A stretch of 63,684 bases of DNA, the filler included. It is 5 parts of 5 records of this genome, joined end to end, with 100 filler letters (N's around TTAATTAATTAA, not from the genome) between each part and the next. Parts side by side here need not be neighbours in the genome. Positions count along the whole stretch, not along the records: positions 45,821 to 56,040 come from SRR2962707_4943; positions 56,141 to 63,684 come from SRR2962707_4950; 3 more parts are not named here. The stretch is one strand, 5' to 3'. Shown here in pieces: positions 48,767 to 59,673 of the stretch; the first letter of the stretch is position 1, and the number at the start of each line of letters is the position of its first letter. Made by a program: the position numbers and the translations under genes. The notes beneath the pieces are model-generated. The model made no database searches and was not told where the DNA came from. It worked only from the letters and a program-made list of their open reading frames with translations.

Positions 48767-49960
48767 TCAGGCCCCGAGGCGAGAATAGAGCATCAGACCC
48801 CAGTCGCAAAGATCATGTTCGACCTGTGCCCAGGTCGCGCCGAATGCGACGGCGTCCATTCCTGACAACGCCGCGATCTGCGTAAGATTGCAACGTCCGT
48901 CAACGGCAGACAGTGCACGGCCCATACTGCGAGGAAGATGCAGCGTGGTTGCATTATGACCCATGCGCACCGGAACCGGCTTGCCCTGCTCAACCGCCCG
49001 ACCCAGAGCAACAGACCCCACGCCCCGCAGATGCGGGACAAGGCTGCGGTCCCGCCCCTGCGCCACCGTGCGCGGGTCGCCTGTGGGAACTGCATAGCCG
49101 ACGTGGGTCTTTATCGTACCGCGCAGCTTTTCGGCAATGCCCCAAGCCACGACCGGATCCAAATCATTCGGGACCGGCGCAATCCGCCCAAGGTCGTAGA
49201 GCACAGGCGTGGCAAAGGACAACAATGTCCAGCCGGTTTCCGTCAGAACTGCGCTCAGATCGGCAACGTTGTAGGCACGATCCTGGGAATGCAGCAGCAG
49301 GTCGTAAAAGCCTGCATCGCTTTCGAGATGGTCGCCAAGGTTTGGATTGGTGCGGAACGGATGCCCCTTAGGCAGATCCTTGACCAGACCGCGTGCAGTG
49401 GCGAGCCGTTCTCGTGCGCTTAGGCCCTGCAGCAGGGCACCAAAGGCCTCTTGCAAAGGATAGACCCCGGAACGTCCATAGGGCGCATAGACCATGAAAC
49501 CCAAACCGCCGCCGGGGGCCAGTGCTGCGCGCAGGGCCGAAAACCCCGCAGCCGGGTCCGGCAGATGATGCAGCACCCCGCAGCAATCGATATAATCGAA
49601 CTGGCCATAGTCGGGCGCATCCAGCAACGAGCCCGTGACAAAGGTGATACCCGTGAGGCCACGCGCCTTTGCCCGCGCTTCAGCAATCTCGCGGGCAGTT
49701 GTCGAAAGGTCCAGATAGATGATTTCATAGGGACGTTTAGCACTGGTTAGAACCTGCGCCAGCTGGATCAACCCGTCGCCGGTTCCGCCCCCCGCGACCA
49801 ACGCGCGCAAGGGTTGGGACCAGTCACGCCGACCCTCAAAAAGAAAGTGATCGATTTCGAGCGGATGCGACGGGGACCCAGTGATCAGCCGGTGTGCCTC
49901 ATCCGCCGGGTCGCGCTCTGGATATGGATAGGCGTCATATTGTTCCTTGACCGAAACCAT
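48767..49960 (-). CDS. Class I SAM-dependent methyltransferase
   Basis: QYDAYPYP, LVAGGGTGD, FDYIDCCGVLHHL, MVYAPYGR. Confidence 0.88.
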   Translation of the reverse strand: MVSVKEQYDAYPYPERDPADEAHRLITGSPSHPLEIDHFLFEGRRDWSQPLRALVAGGGTGDGLIQLAQVLTSAKRPYEIIYLDLSTTAREIAEARAKARGLTGITFVTGSLLDAPDYGQFDYIDCCGVLHHLPDPAAGFSALRAALAPGGGLGFMVYAPYGRSGVYPLQEAFGALLQGLSARERLATARGLVKDLPKGHPFRTNPNLGDHLESDAGFYDLLLHSQDRAYNVADLSAVLTETGWTLLSFATPVLYDLGRIAPVPNDLDPVVAWGIAEKLRGTIKTHVGYAVPTGDPRTVAQGRDRSLVPHLRGVGSVALGRAVEQGKPVPVRMGHNATTLHLPRSMGRALSAVDGRCNLTQIAALSGMDAVAFGATWAQVEHDLCDWGLMLYSRLGA

Positions 49961-50166
49961 GTTGTCGCTCCCCGCATTAGCGGGGGCAATCTGTCACGGT
50001 CAGAACGGGATGTCACGCATGGTAGCGGGTTCTGACCCCGCCGCCGCATACTTTTGAAAGAGAAAATGCCGGGATAAAGCCTGCAATTATTCTCTGTCTC
50101 ACGAATACGCACACCGGAGGCAAAAACCCTTTGGACCCGGCTGACCAGAACCAAGGGCCTCTTCAC

Positions 50167-50196
50167 AAAAAAGGCTCGCCCGTACATGGGCGCGCC
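50167..50196 (-). terminator. Terminator of the 5'-nucleotidase gene
   Basis: Minus strand GGCGCGCCC-ATGTAC-GGGCGAGCC-TTTTTT. Confidence 0.7.
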
Positions 50197-50222
50197 ATCT
50201 TGGCCTCTGCGTTTGAAGCAGC

Positions 50223-51782
50223 TTATTTTATCGTGATGCGGCCATCAGTATAAGGCTGGTACGGGCCTTTTTCGGCCAGGTATTCCGCTGTCACGTCCGC
50301 AAGATCCGGGCCGAAATCATAGGCATTCGCGGCATCAACGAACATCTTGTAACCGTCGCCACCGTTGCGCACATAGTTGTTCGACACAAGGCCGTATTCT
50401 GCCGCAGGATCGATCGCTGCGCCGTCAACCATCAAGTCCGAAATCCGGCTACCCGGTTCTGCCGATGCGTCCACGGAAAAGGTGATGCCGGCCACCTGTG
50501 GGAAACGCCCGGCGCCGTCTTCGATCTGGCTCGCGCCATTTTCAAGCGCGTCGATCACTGTCTGACCCGATACGAAGAACGTCGAGAGCGTGTTCTGGAA
50601 CGGCAGCACGGTCAGCACCTCGCCCATGGTCACTTCGCCCGCGTCGATAGAGGCGCGCAGACCACCCGAATTTGCGATGGCAATCTGGATGCCCTGATCA
50701 GCAACTCTTGCAAGCATTGCATCGGCCACCAGGTTACCCATCGAACATTCCATCGCACGGCAGACATCGCGGTTGCCTTCTATGGGTTCGGCAGTTTCGG
50801 CGACAACCTTTGTGCGGATCTCCTCAAGCGGAACAGCCGCTTCGGTGATGCGCGCTTTGGTGTCGTCATCCTCGGTCACGGTGGCATCAAGCAATACGGG
50901 CTCGCCCACCGCCTCGATGATATTGCCGTCATCGTCGAAGGTCACGTTCAGTTCGCCCAGAAACTTGCCATAGGCATAGGCCTGCACGATGGCAGTATCA
51001 CCGACCATCACCGGATAAGGGCCTTTGGCCCCCTCAATGGTGTTGGAAAGCAACGAGTTGTCATGTCCGCCGACGATCACATCGACACCGGTGGTATTCG
51101 CGGCCACAGCTTTGTCAACGTTTAGGCCAGAGTGCGACAGCACAATGATCTTGTTGATGCCTTCGGCGGTCAGCTTGTCCACTTCGCCCTGCACCGCTTC
51201 GGATGGATCCGAGAATTTGACATTCGGGCCAGGCGACGCCAATTCATCGGTGTCCTGCGGGGTTAGACCAATAAAACCGATCTTTTCACCACCTTTTTCG
51301 ATGACGGTCGATTTCATCAGCACATCCGCCAAAAGCGGTTCGGCGGATACATCGGCATTGGACATCAGGATCGGGAAATCGACCGCATCCATAAATCCGC
51401 GCAGCACCTCGGGGCCATCGTCAAATTCATGGTTGCCGACGGTCATGGCGTCGTAACCCATCTTGTTCATCATTTCGGCGGCAAGCTTGCCCTTGTAATA
51501 AGTGTAGAACAGCGTGCCTTGGAATTGGTCACCGCCATCAACAAGGATCGAATTGTCGGCCTTGGCCCGCGCGGCATCGATTGCAGTCACCAGACGTGCC
51601 GAGCCGCCAAAGCAGTCACCAGCGGTGTTGTCTTCGGCCGAGCATCCCGAATCGTATTTGCTGATCGGTTCAAACCGGGCGTGGAAATCGTTGGTGTGCA
51701 GAATGGTCAGGGAATAGTCCGCGCTCGCGGCACCAGCGGTCAGGGCCAGCGCTGCGGCGCTTGTCAAAAGGCGAAGGGACAT
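50223..51782 (-). CDS. Periplasmic 5'-nucleotidase / UDP-sugar hydrolase family
   Basis: Signal peptide, HTNDFH, DGGDQFQG, GNHEFD, GGH, NSGGLR, LPFQN. Confidence 0.93.
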   Translation of the reverse strand: MSLRLLTSAAALALTAGAASADYSLTILHTNDFHARFEPISKYDSGCSAEDNTAGDCFGGSARLVTAIDAARAKADNSILVDGGDQFQGTLFYTYYKGKLAAEMMNKMGYDAMTVGNHEFDDGPEVLRGFMDAVDFPILMSNADVSAEPLLADVLMKSTVIEKGGEKIGFIGLTPQDTDELASPGPNVKFSDPSEAVQGEVDKLTAEGINKIIVLSHSGLNVDKAVAANTTGVDVIVGGHDNSLLSNTIEGAKGPYPVMVGDTAIVQAYAYGKFLGELNVTFDDDGNIIEAVGEPVLLDATVTEDDDTKARITEAAVPLEEIRTKVVAETAEPIEGNRDVCRAMECSMGNLVADAMLARVADQGIQIAIANSGGLRASIDAGEVTMGEVLTVLPFQNTLSTFFVSGQTVIDALENGASQIEDGAGRFPQVAGITFSVDASAEPGSRISDLMVDGAAIDPAAEYGLVSNNYVRNGGDGYKMFVDAANAYDFGPDLADVTAEYLAEKGPYQPYTDGRITIK

Positions 51783-52027
51783 GGGGATCTTCCTCTCTGT
51801 CGGTTTTTAGGGACTTTTCGTCCACTGGAGTTCCGGTCGCGATGTTGCAACGCAGCGCAGCCCGAGTCAAAGCCTATACGAGCGAACGCTACGGCAGCTC
51901 CTTTTTCGCGGCCAGACCCCACTAGGACAGGCGGTTGAACCGTCACGACGTCCCCGCACCATCGTCCGGCAATTGGAACGCCCCAAGCCCGCTTGACGCA
52001 GCGCCGTTGCCAAGGCAAACGGAGATC

Positions 52028-52369
52028 ATGGCACTCATTTACAAGATTTTTCGCGCATCAGAATATGCAGCCTTCGACCAGAACGGCTGTACAACCGGCT
52101 CACCTGTGGACATTGCCGATGGCTATGTCCACATCTCGACCCGCGAACAGGTGGTTGAAACCGTGGCCAAACACTTCGCAGGCGAAGAGGGGCTGAAAAT
52201 CCTCGCGATCGAGGCTGATACCCTGGGCGATGCTTTGAAATGGGAAACGTCGCGCGGCGGCGCCCTGTTTCCGCATCTTTATCGCGAACTGCGCGCCGGC
52301 GATATCGTCTGGGCCCGCGACTTGCCTGTGCAGGGCGGTGTCCACCAGTTTGACGGGTTAATCTCGTGA
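52028..52369 (+). CDS. DUF952 protein
   Basis: [29 protein letters not shown]; canonical position before pyrD. Confidence 0.9.
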   Translation: MALIYKIFRASEYAAFDQNGCTTGSPVDIADGYVHISTREQVVETVAKHFAGEEGLKILAIEADTLGDALKWETSRGGALFPHLYRELRAGDIVWARDLPVQGGVHQFDGLIS

Positions 52370-53421
52370 TCGGCGAACGGCTCGGGCTTGCCTTACTGCA
52401 CCGGTTCGACCCGGAAACGGCCCACGGAATTGCGCTGCACGCGCTGCGTCTAGGGGCCGCGCCCTACCCCGGACTTGTCACATCTGAACGGCTGCGCACG
52501 CAGGTCGCCGGACTGAACCTTGCAAATCCGATCGGCGTAGCCGCTGGTTTTGACAAGAATGCAGCCGCCTTGCAGGGCCTGTCGCGCGTCGGGTTCGGTT
52601 TCATCGAAGCCGGAGCCACCACCCCACGCGCACAGCCCGGCAACCCAAAACCCCGCCTTTTCCGTCTGAGAGAGGACCAGGCCGTCATCAACCGGTTCGG
52701 TTTCAACAATGACGGGATGGAGGCAATGGCAACCCGCCTGGCCACCCGCCCGCGCGACGCGGTGATCGGACTGAATCTGGGCGCGAACAAGGACAGTGCC
52801 GACCGGGCGGCCGATTTCGCCACCGTGCTGGCGCGGTGCGGCGCGTATCTGGATTTCGCCACTGTGAATGTCAGTTCTCCGAACACCGAACGGCTGCGCG
52901 ACCTGCAGGGCAAGGATGCGCTTGCCGCTCTGCTGTCTGGCGTCATGACGGCGCGCAATGCATTGGGCAAACAGATCCCTGTCTTTCTTAAGATCGCGCC
53001 GGATCTAGGCCCGGACGAACTAAAGGATGTGGCCGAAGTGGCTATGGCCAGCGGTATCGCGGGTATTATTGCAACCAATACCAGCCTGTCGCGCGACGGG
53101 CTCCGTTCAGCCCATGCGCATGAGGTTGGCGGCCTTTCAGGCCAGCCGCTGTTTGAGAAATCCACTCGGGTGCTGGCCCATCTTTCAAAGTTGACGGCAC
53201 CAGATTTTCCCCTGATCGGCGTTGGCGGTGTTGGCTCAGCGGCGCAAGCCTATGCAAAGATCCGTGCAGGTGCATCGGCGGTTCAGCTTTACTCGGCACT
53301 GGTCTATGGCGGTTTATCGCTGTTGCAGGAGATTGCCGAAGGCCTCGACCGGATGCTCGTCCATGATGGTTTCGCCAATGTATCCGAGGCGGTGGGCGTC
53401 GACCGCGACGACTGGATATGA
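52366..53421 (+). CDS. pyrD: Dihydroorotate dehydrogenase (quinone), class 2
   Basis: [33 protein letters not shown]. Confidence 0.96.
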   Translation: MIGERLGLALLHRFDPETAHGIALHALRLGAAPYPGLVTSERLRTQVAGLNLANPIGVAAGFDKNAAALQGLSRVGFGFIEAGATTPRAQPGNPKPRLFRLREDQAVINRFGFNNDGMEAMATRLATRPRDAVIGLNLGANKDSADRAADFATVLARCGAYLDFATVNVSSPNTERLRDLQGKDALAALLSGVMTARNALGKQIPVFLKIAPDLGPDELKDVAEVAMASGIAGIIATNTSLSRDGLRSAHAHEVGGLSGQPLFEKSTRVLAHLSKLTAPDFPLIGVGGVGSAAQAYAKIRAGASAVQLYSALVYGGLSLLQEIAEGLDRMLVHDGFANVSEAVGVDRDDWI

Positions 53422-53765
53422 CCAACGTAACACTGTGGCACAATCCGCGCTGTTCAAAATCTCGCGCGGCACTGGCGCTTCTGACGGATGCAGGCGCAGA
53501 TGTGACCTTGCGCCTTTACCTTGACGACGCGCCAAACCTGCAGGAACTGACCACCGCGCGGGATATGCTGAATTGCCCGGTGATCGACATGATGCGCCCG
53601 GGCGAAGCTGCGTTCCGCGATTTGGCTCTGACCCGGAAAACAGATCCTGACATTTTGATGCAGGCGATGGCAGAAAACCCCAAACTGATCGAACGGCCGA
53701 TCGCCTTTGCAGACGGCAGGGCAATCATCGGCCGCCCGCCAAACGCTGTGCTGGACCTGATCTAG
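53418..53765 (+). CDS. arsC: Arsenate reductase (glutaredoxin) ArsC family
   Basis: [20 protein letters not shown]. Confidence 0.88.
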   Translation: MTNVTLWHNPRCSKSRAALALLTDAGADVTLRLYLDDAPNLQELTTARDMLNCPVIDMMRPGEAAFRDLALTRKTDPDILMQAMAENPKLIERPIAFADGRAIIGRPPNAVLDLI

Positions 53766-53766
53766 A

Positions 53767-54429
53767 TCACAACCGCGGAACTTGCCCCCGTCCCGACCGT
53801 GCAGCCGCGACAAAGGCACGGATCATACCAGCGTCCTTGACCCCAGGTGCGGATTCCACCCCCGTAGACAGGTCAACCTGCCGCACACCCGTGACTGCAA
53901 TCGCCTCTGCCACTGTGTCCGCCGTCAACCCGCCAGCGAGCATCCAAGGCACCGGCCAGCGGCGTGCGGAAATCAACCGCCAGTCAAAGGTCAAGCCGTT
54001 CCCACCAGGCAAAACCGCGTCTGTCGGCGGTTTGGCATCGACCAGCAACTGATCCGCAACCTTGGCATAGATATCCAACTGGCCCACATCCACCGCATCG
54101 CGAATTCCGATGGCCTTCATGACCGGCAACCCATAGCGCTGCTTGACCTCAGTAACCCGTTCAGGCGATTCTTTTCCGTGCAACTGCAGCATGTCGAGCG
54201 GCACAGCATCCATGATTTCATCCAGATCCGCGTCACTGGCATCGACGACCAAGCCGACCTTGGCCAGCCCCGGCGGCGCCTCAACCGCGAGCGCACGTGC
54301 CTGCGACACGCTTACCGCGCGCGACGATTTCGCAAAGAAGACGAAACCCGCATAGGCAGCACCGGCCTCGGCAACTGCGATAACATCCTGGATCCGAGTC
54401 AGGCCGCAGATCTTTACCTTAATAGACAA
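53767..54429 (-). CDS. trpF: Phosphoribosylanthranilate isomerase
   Basis: [38 protein letters not shown] start with GGAGG RBS. Confidence 0.95.
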   Translation of the reverse strand: MSIKVKICGLTRIQDVIAVAEAGAAYAGFVFFAKSSRAVSVSQARALAVEAPPGLAKVGLVVDASDADLDEIMDAVPLDMLQLHGKESPERVTEVKQRYGLPVMKAIGIRDAVDVGQLDIYAKVADQLLVDAKPPTDAVLPGGNGLTFDWRLISARRWPVPWMLAGGLTADTVAEAIAVTGVRQVDLSTGVESAPGVKDAGMIRAFVAAARSGRGQVPRL

Positions 54430-54550
54430 ATTGCCTCCTACAGGACACACGGGTCCTGTGCTGTCGCGGCAGCGATTGCTGGCTTTCCACCCTTCAGCCC
54501 AAGGCAGATTACCCTAGCTTCAGGGCCATGCCGTCAAGCCCCGGTACGGA

Positions 54551-54901
54551 TCAGCTTGCCTGGTCCAGCAGGGCCAGAACTTCGTCCTTGCCTACATCCC
54601 GCTGGCCTTTGACACGACGCAACTCTCGTTCCAGCCGCTTAACCTCGGCCTGGCGGCGCGCCGCCTCGGCACGATGCTTGTGTTCGCGCAGCCATTCCCA
54701 AAAGAAGCCGATCAGCAGACCGGCCACGATGCTGCCAAAGATGACAATGAAAAGCGGCAATTCAACCGTTTCCTGCAAGCCCAGCAAGACCGACAGATCA
54801 GCGGGAAGCAGTTGCAGCGTGATAACGCCACGGTTGGCCAAGGCCACCGAGACAAGGACAATGGCCAGACAGGCCAGAAAGGCATAGCGGATATAGCGCA
54901 T
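54551..54901 (-). CDS. LapA (DUF1049) family membrane protein
   Basis: Two TMs then a coiled-coil; follows ihfB. Confidence 0.8.
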   Translation of the reverse strand: MRYIRYAFLACLAIVLVSVALANRGVITLQLLPADLSVLLGLQETVELPLFIVIFGSIVAGLLIGFFWEWLREHKHRAEAARRQAEVKRLERELRRVKGQRDVGKDEVLALLDQAS

Positions 54902-54905
54902 CAGT

Positions 54906-55187
54906 TTACTTTCCGTTCAGACGATCACGCAGAAGCTTACCAGTCTTGAAGAAGGGCACATGCTTTTCTTCAACTTCTACCGATTCACCGGTTCGCGGGT
55001 TACGCCCGACGCGTGCATCGCGCTGCTTGACAGAAAATGCACCAAAACCGCGCAGTTCCACGCGGTCGCCGCGGGACATCGAATCGGTAATTTCATCGAA
55101 AATCGTATTCACGATCCGTTCGACATCCCGTTGATAGAGATGCGGATTGTCATCTGCGATCTTTTGGATCAACTCAGACCTGATCAT
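54906..55187 (-). CDS. ihfB: Integration host factor beta subunit
   Basis: [32 protein letters not shown]; downstream of rpsA. Confidence 0.96.
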   Translation of the reverse strand: MIRSELIQKIADDNPHLYQRDVERIVNTIFDEITDSMSRGDRVELRGFGAFSVKQRDARVGRNPRTGESVEVEEKHVPFFKTGKLLRDRLNGK

Positions 55188-55429
55188 GGTCTACATCCCC
55201 CTGTGCACGCTTCGCGGCGATTTCTTATGTCTCAGACTATACGTAAAAGTCCCAGAAACGGAAACATGATCTGCAAGGAAAATCCATTAATTGCAATCGC
55301 TTTGCGTGGCAGACCACTGGTTGAGCAAGATTTGACGCAAAATCGCGCGCTCTGTCAGCAATGCCCATACAGATACATCGAACCAGATCCGCGCCGTGAT
55401 TCGATCTGCAACGCCCCATAGGTCAACAG

Positions 55430-55458
55430 AAAAGGCCCCGGAGTTACCGGAGCCTTTT
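55430..55458 (-). terminator. rpsA terminator
   Basis: Minus strand AAAAGGCTCCGG-TAACT-CCGGGGCCTTTT. Confidence 0.75.
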
Positions 55459-55487
55459 CGTTTTTCAATTTGGACGATGTGTCCGGA

Positions 55488-56040
55488 TCACTCGTCGCGC
55501 TTGAGTGCCGCACCAAGAATGTCACCAAGGCTCGCACCCGAATCGGACGATCCGAACTGCTCCACGGCTTCTTTCTCTTCGGCAATCTCGCGTGCCTTGA
55601 TCGACAGGCCCAGACGACGGGTCTTGGCATCGACATTGGTCACACGCACGTCGACCTTGTCACCGACTGAGAAACGCTCGGGGCGCTGCTCTGCACGGTC
55701 ACGGGACAGATCGGAGCGGCGGATAAAGGACTTCATGCCTTCGTATTCCACCTCGATGCCACCCTCCTCGATCGCCGTGACCGCAACAGTCACGATCGAA
55801 CCGCGCTTGGTGCCGCCAACAGCTTCCTGGAACTTGTCGCCGCCAAGAGCCTTGATCGAGAGCGAGATACGCTCTTTCTCGATGTCGGTCTCGGAAACAA
55901 CGGCCTGGACGATATCGCCCTTGCGGTAGTTCTGGATCGCTTCTTCGCCACGTTCGTCCCACGACAGATCCGAAAGGTGAACCATACCGTCGATGTCGCC
56001 GTCGAGGCCGATGAACAGACCGAATTCGGTGATGTTCTTG
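55488..56040 (-). CDS. rpsA: 30S ribosomal protein S1, 3' part (contig end)
   Basis: S1 repeats VHLSDLSW, ERISLSIK, ASLGDILGAAL. Confidence 0.96.
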
Positions 56041-56140
56041 NNNNNNNNNNNNNNNNNNNNNNNNNNNNNNNNNNNNNNNNNNNNTTAATTAATTAANNNN
56101 NNNNNNNNNNNNNNNNNNNNNNNNNNNNNNNNNNNNNNNN
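56041..56140. other. Artificial contig linker
   Basis: N-run with TTAATTAATTAA. Confidence 0.99.
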
Positions 56141-57326
56141 CACGCTGTTTGAGGAGCTGGGGTTCAACTATATTGGCCCCATCGACGGCCACGACCTGCC
56201 CTTGCTGGTGGAAACCCTGGAGAACATCCGTGAGCTGGAAGGCCCGCAGTTCCTGCACGTGGTCACAACCAAAGGCAAAGGTTTTGCCCCTGCCGAAGCG
56301 GACCCGATTGGTTACCATGCCATCAACAAGATTGAACCGGTGCCCGCCAGCAAGCCGGAACCGGTGAAGCCGAAACCGGCCAGCCCGAAATACGCCAACG
56401 TCTTCGGGCAGTGGCTATGCGATGCCGCCGAACAGGACAGCCGGGTAGCCGGAATTACCCCAGCCATGTGCGAGGGTTCAGACCTGCTGGCCTTTTCAGA
56501 GCGTTTCCCGGATCGCTATTTTGATGTCGCCATTGCCGAGCAGCATGCCGTCACCCTGGCGGCGGGTCTGGCTTGCGATGGTGCCAAGCCGGTCGTGGCC
56601 ATTTACTCAACATTTCTGCAGCGAGCCTATGACCAGTTGGTACACGATGTCGCCATCCAGAACCTGGACGTCCTGTTTGCCATTGATCGTGCGGGCCTGG
56701 TCGGCGAAGACGGCCCCACCCACGCTGGCGCCTTCGACATCAGCTATCTACGCTGCATTCCCAACATGCTGGTGATGACGCCGTCGGACGAAAACGAAAC
56801 CCGACAGCTACTGCACACCGGCCTTGAATACAGCGGCCCGGCTGCCGTTCGCTACCCCCGGGGAACCGGACCTGGGGCCGAAATCCAGCAGCAACTCACC
56901 CCACTGCCCATCGGCAAGGGCCGGCGCGTACGCGACGGTAGCGGTATTGCCATCCTTAATTTCGGCACTCTGTTGGCGCCGGGACTGGAGGCAGCAGAAG
57001 CCTTGGGCGCCACGGTCGCCGACATGCGCTTCGTCAAGCCTCTGGATGAGGCCCTGGTACTGGAACTGGCGGAAACCCACGACCTGCTGGTCACCCTGGA
57101 AGAAAACGTTATTGCCGGTGGCGCGGGCAGCGCGGTGACGGAATTCCTGAATGCCCGCCAGGTTTCCATGCCGGTATTACAACTGGGACTGCCGGACGCG
57201 TTCGTTGAACACGGTCAGCATAAGGAATTACTGCGGGACTGTGGGCTGGATGCCGAAGGCATTCTTCGCAGCATTGCCACGCGAATGGAGCAGCTCGGAT
57301 ACCCGACAGTGGTGGCGGCTAAATAA
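56141..57326 (+). CDS. dxs: 1-deoxy-D-xylulose-5-phosphate synthase, 3' part
   Basis: [43 protein letters not shown]. Confidence 0.97.
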
Positions 57327-57338
57327 CTTGGGAACGAA

Positions 57339-57360
57339 GGCGGATCACAACTGATCCGCC
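57339..57360. terminator. Hairpin between convergent dxs and ribA
   Basis: GGCGGATCA-CAAC-TGATCCGCC perfect 9-bp stem. Confidence 0.6.
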
Positions 57361-57369
57361 AGAGGTCGA

Positions 57370-57981
57370 TCAGACCGGGTCGTCATCCTGGTGGGTTTCC
57401 AGCCAGTGGCCCAGTTTGCTCTGCTTTGTATTCAGGTAGTGCTCGTTGTGCGGATTGCGGCCCACATGCAGAGGCACGCGCTCGGCAATGTTGATGCCGT
57501 AGGATTCCAGCGCCTTCACCTTGCGCGGATTGTTGGTCATCAATCGCAGGCTTTTGATGCCCAGGTGCTCAAGCATGTCCTTGCACATGCTGTAATCCCG
57601 GAGATCTGCGCCAAAGCCCAGACGCTCATTCGCTTCGACGGTGTCGGCGCCCTGGTCCTGCAGACGGTAGGCCCGGATCTTGTTCAGCAATCCGATACCG
57701 CGGCCTTCCTGACGCAAGTACATCAGAATACCCCGACCCTCCCGGGCGATACTGCGCAACGCTTCTTCCAGCTGATAACCACAGTCACAACGCATGCTGT
57801 ACAGGGCATCGCCCGTCAGACACTCTGAGTGGGTTCGTGCCAGCAGTGGTTCTGCGCTATCAATGTCCCCCAACGTCAGCGCCACATGCTCCTTCCCGGT
57901 GTCCGGCTCCTCAAAGCCGTGCATATCAAACACACCAAAGGGGGTGGGCAAACGGCAGGTTTCAATGTAACGAACAGCCAC
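57370..57981 (-). CDS. ribA: GTP cyclohydrolase II
   Basis: [38 protein letters not shown] start with GAGG RBS. Confidence 0.96.
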   Translation of the reverse strand: MAVRYIETCRLPTPFGVFDMHGFEEPDTGKEHVALTLGDIDSAEPLLARTHSECLTGDALYSMRCDCGYQLEEALRSIAREGRGILMYLRQEGRGIGLLNKIRAYRLQDQGADTVEANERLGFGADLRDYSMCKDMLEHLGIKSLRLMTNNPRKVKALESYGINIAERVPLHVGRNPHNEHYLNTKQSKLGHWLETHQDDDPV

Positions 57982-58113
57982 TGTGTTTCCTCGTGGTTCG
58001 GACAAATTGGGCGGGCATTCTATCATGCGGCTGCTTGCCTGGCGTAGTGTCGACACAGTTCCCCTCCGGATTATGCAGTACCCGAAAGGTTACGGTCGCC
58101 GCCAGGCTTCAGA

Positions 58114-58596
58114 TCATTGCTCCCGGGCCTGCCAGTGGCCGGAGCGGCCGCCTTTCTTTTCCAGCAGACGCAGATTATCGATCACCATACCTTTGTCGAC
58201 CGCCTTACACATATCGTAAATGGTCAGGGCGGCCACACTCGCGGCCGTCAGCGCTTCCATTTCAACACCGGTCTGACCGGCCAGTTTGCACCGGGTCTCG
58301 ATCGCCACGGAGGCGCCATCATCGCCAGCCCTCAGTTCGACTTTCACGGAGGTCAGGTTAAGCGCATGGCACAGGGGAATCAGGTCGTGGGTTCGTTTCG
58401 CAGCCATGATGCCTGCTATCCTGGCCGTCGCCAGCACATCCCCCTTGGGGTGCTCACCTTCCAGGATCATTCTCAGGGTTTCCGGAGCCATCCGGACACA
58501 GGCCTCGGCGCTGGCCTCGCGTTCCGTCACCGCTTTGTCGGTGACATCCACCATTCGGGCTTCACCCTTGTCATCCAGATGGGTCAGTTTTGTCAC
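58114..58596 (-). CDS. moaC: Cyclic pyranopterin monophosphate synthase MoaC
   Basis: [34 protein letters not shown] start. Confidence 0.96.
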   Translation of the reverse strand: MTKLTHLDDKGEARMVDVTDKAVTEREASAEACVRMAPETLRMILEGEHPKGDVLATARIAGIMAAKRTHDLIPLCHALNLTSVKVELRAGDDGASVAIETRCKLAGQTGVEMEALTAASVAALTIYDMCKAVDKGMVIDNLRLLEKKGGRSGHWQAREQ

Positions 58597-58683
58597 AGAA
58601 AACTCCAATTGATCTGTTGAAGAGGTTACTTTGGCATGGCCCGGGCCTGGTTGGAATCCGTAATCGCCCCGGGCCACAGATGG

Positions 58684-59673
58684 CTACCACCAGAAACCGA
58701 TACCAGCCACGCCCTGGCCACCAAGCGCGCGGGCCCGGAACTGGTGCTCAGGTCCGAGACCTCCGATACCGTAAACCGGCACATTTGCCGTTGCCGCCAA
58801 CGCCTGAAAAGCAGCCCACCCGATTCCGGGCTGCCCCGGATGGCTGGGCGTCTCCAGCACATTACCCAGGACCACGTAATCCGCCCCCAGGCGCTCTGCA
58901 TGGCGCAATTGCTCAGCACTATGGCAAGACACACCCAACCAGTAATCGTCGCTGACAGGGCGCTCTGAATGCTGCTGCGCCTCGCGCCAGGGCAGGTGAA
59001 CGCCCTGGACATCTGGAACGGCCCGACACAGGTCTGCCGTCCCATGCAGAATCAACCCGACGCCCCTTTCCCGGCACCCGCCCAGAGCCGCTGCGGCCAG
59101 CTCAAGGTACGCAGCCCCGGAGAGGGTCGGAGCGCGAAGCACCACCAGTGAATCCGGCTGCCCCCGGTCGAGAGCGGCACCGAGTCTGGCCAGGCCTGCC
59201 GGCGCATCCTCAATTGTTCCGGTAACCGCCAGCCGATGGGGCAATCGCAGCGCCCTGATGATGGGCCGGTTAGCGGCAGGAAACTCTTCGTCCTTGAGCG
59301 CCTCAGGAGCCAGCCAGCTGACCGGCTGACCTTCTTTGCCCTCTGGCTCGCCCTGAGCCGAGTGGCTTGACCAGACATCAAGAAACACACACTTGTCGCC
59401 GTAGTCGTGACGTATGCCAATCACCGGCTCCAGGCTGTCCTCAGTCAGAACCAGCCCGGTCTCTTCGGCGATTTCCCGACACAGTGCCTGCTGGACGGTT
59501 TCTCCGGGCTCGACCTTACCACCCGGAAACTCCAGCAAACCGCCCTGATGGGCTTTGTCCGGGCGCCTTGCAATCAGGACACGACCATCGCGAACGATCA
59601 CGCCCACCGCTACATGAACAGTCTTGCGGTTAGCCGAAAGACCCTCGACAGACTCAGGTACGGTATTCGGCAT
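58684..59673 (-). CDS. mutT: MutT 8-oxo-dGTPase fused to a ThiE-like domain
   Basis: Nudix box GGKVEPGE..ALCREIAEETG, FPAAN; C-terminal GVHL, SCH, TPSHP, YGIGG. Confidence 0.88.
   Translation of the reverse strand: MPNTVPESVEGLSANRKTVHVAVGVIVRDGRVLIARRPDKAHQGGLLEFPGGKVEPGETVQQALCREIAEETGLVLTEDSLEPVIGIRHDYGDKCVFLDVWSSHSAQGEPEGKEGQPVSWLAPEALKDEEFPAANRPIIRALRLPHRLAVTGTIEDAPAGLARLGAALDRGQPDSLVVLRAPTLSGAAYLELAAAALGGCRERGVGLILHGTADLCRAVPDVQGVHLPWREAQQHSERPVSDDYWLGVSCHSAEQLRHAERLGADYVVLGNVLETPSHPGQPGIGWAAFQALAATANVPVYGIGGLGPEHQFRARALGGQGVAGIGFWW

Noticed and set aside
58684-59673. MutT-ThiE fusion as a novelty
   Set aside because: A well-known fusion downstream of secA-argJ in Gammaproteobacteria.
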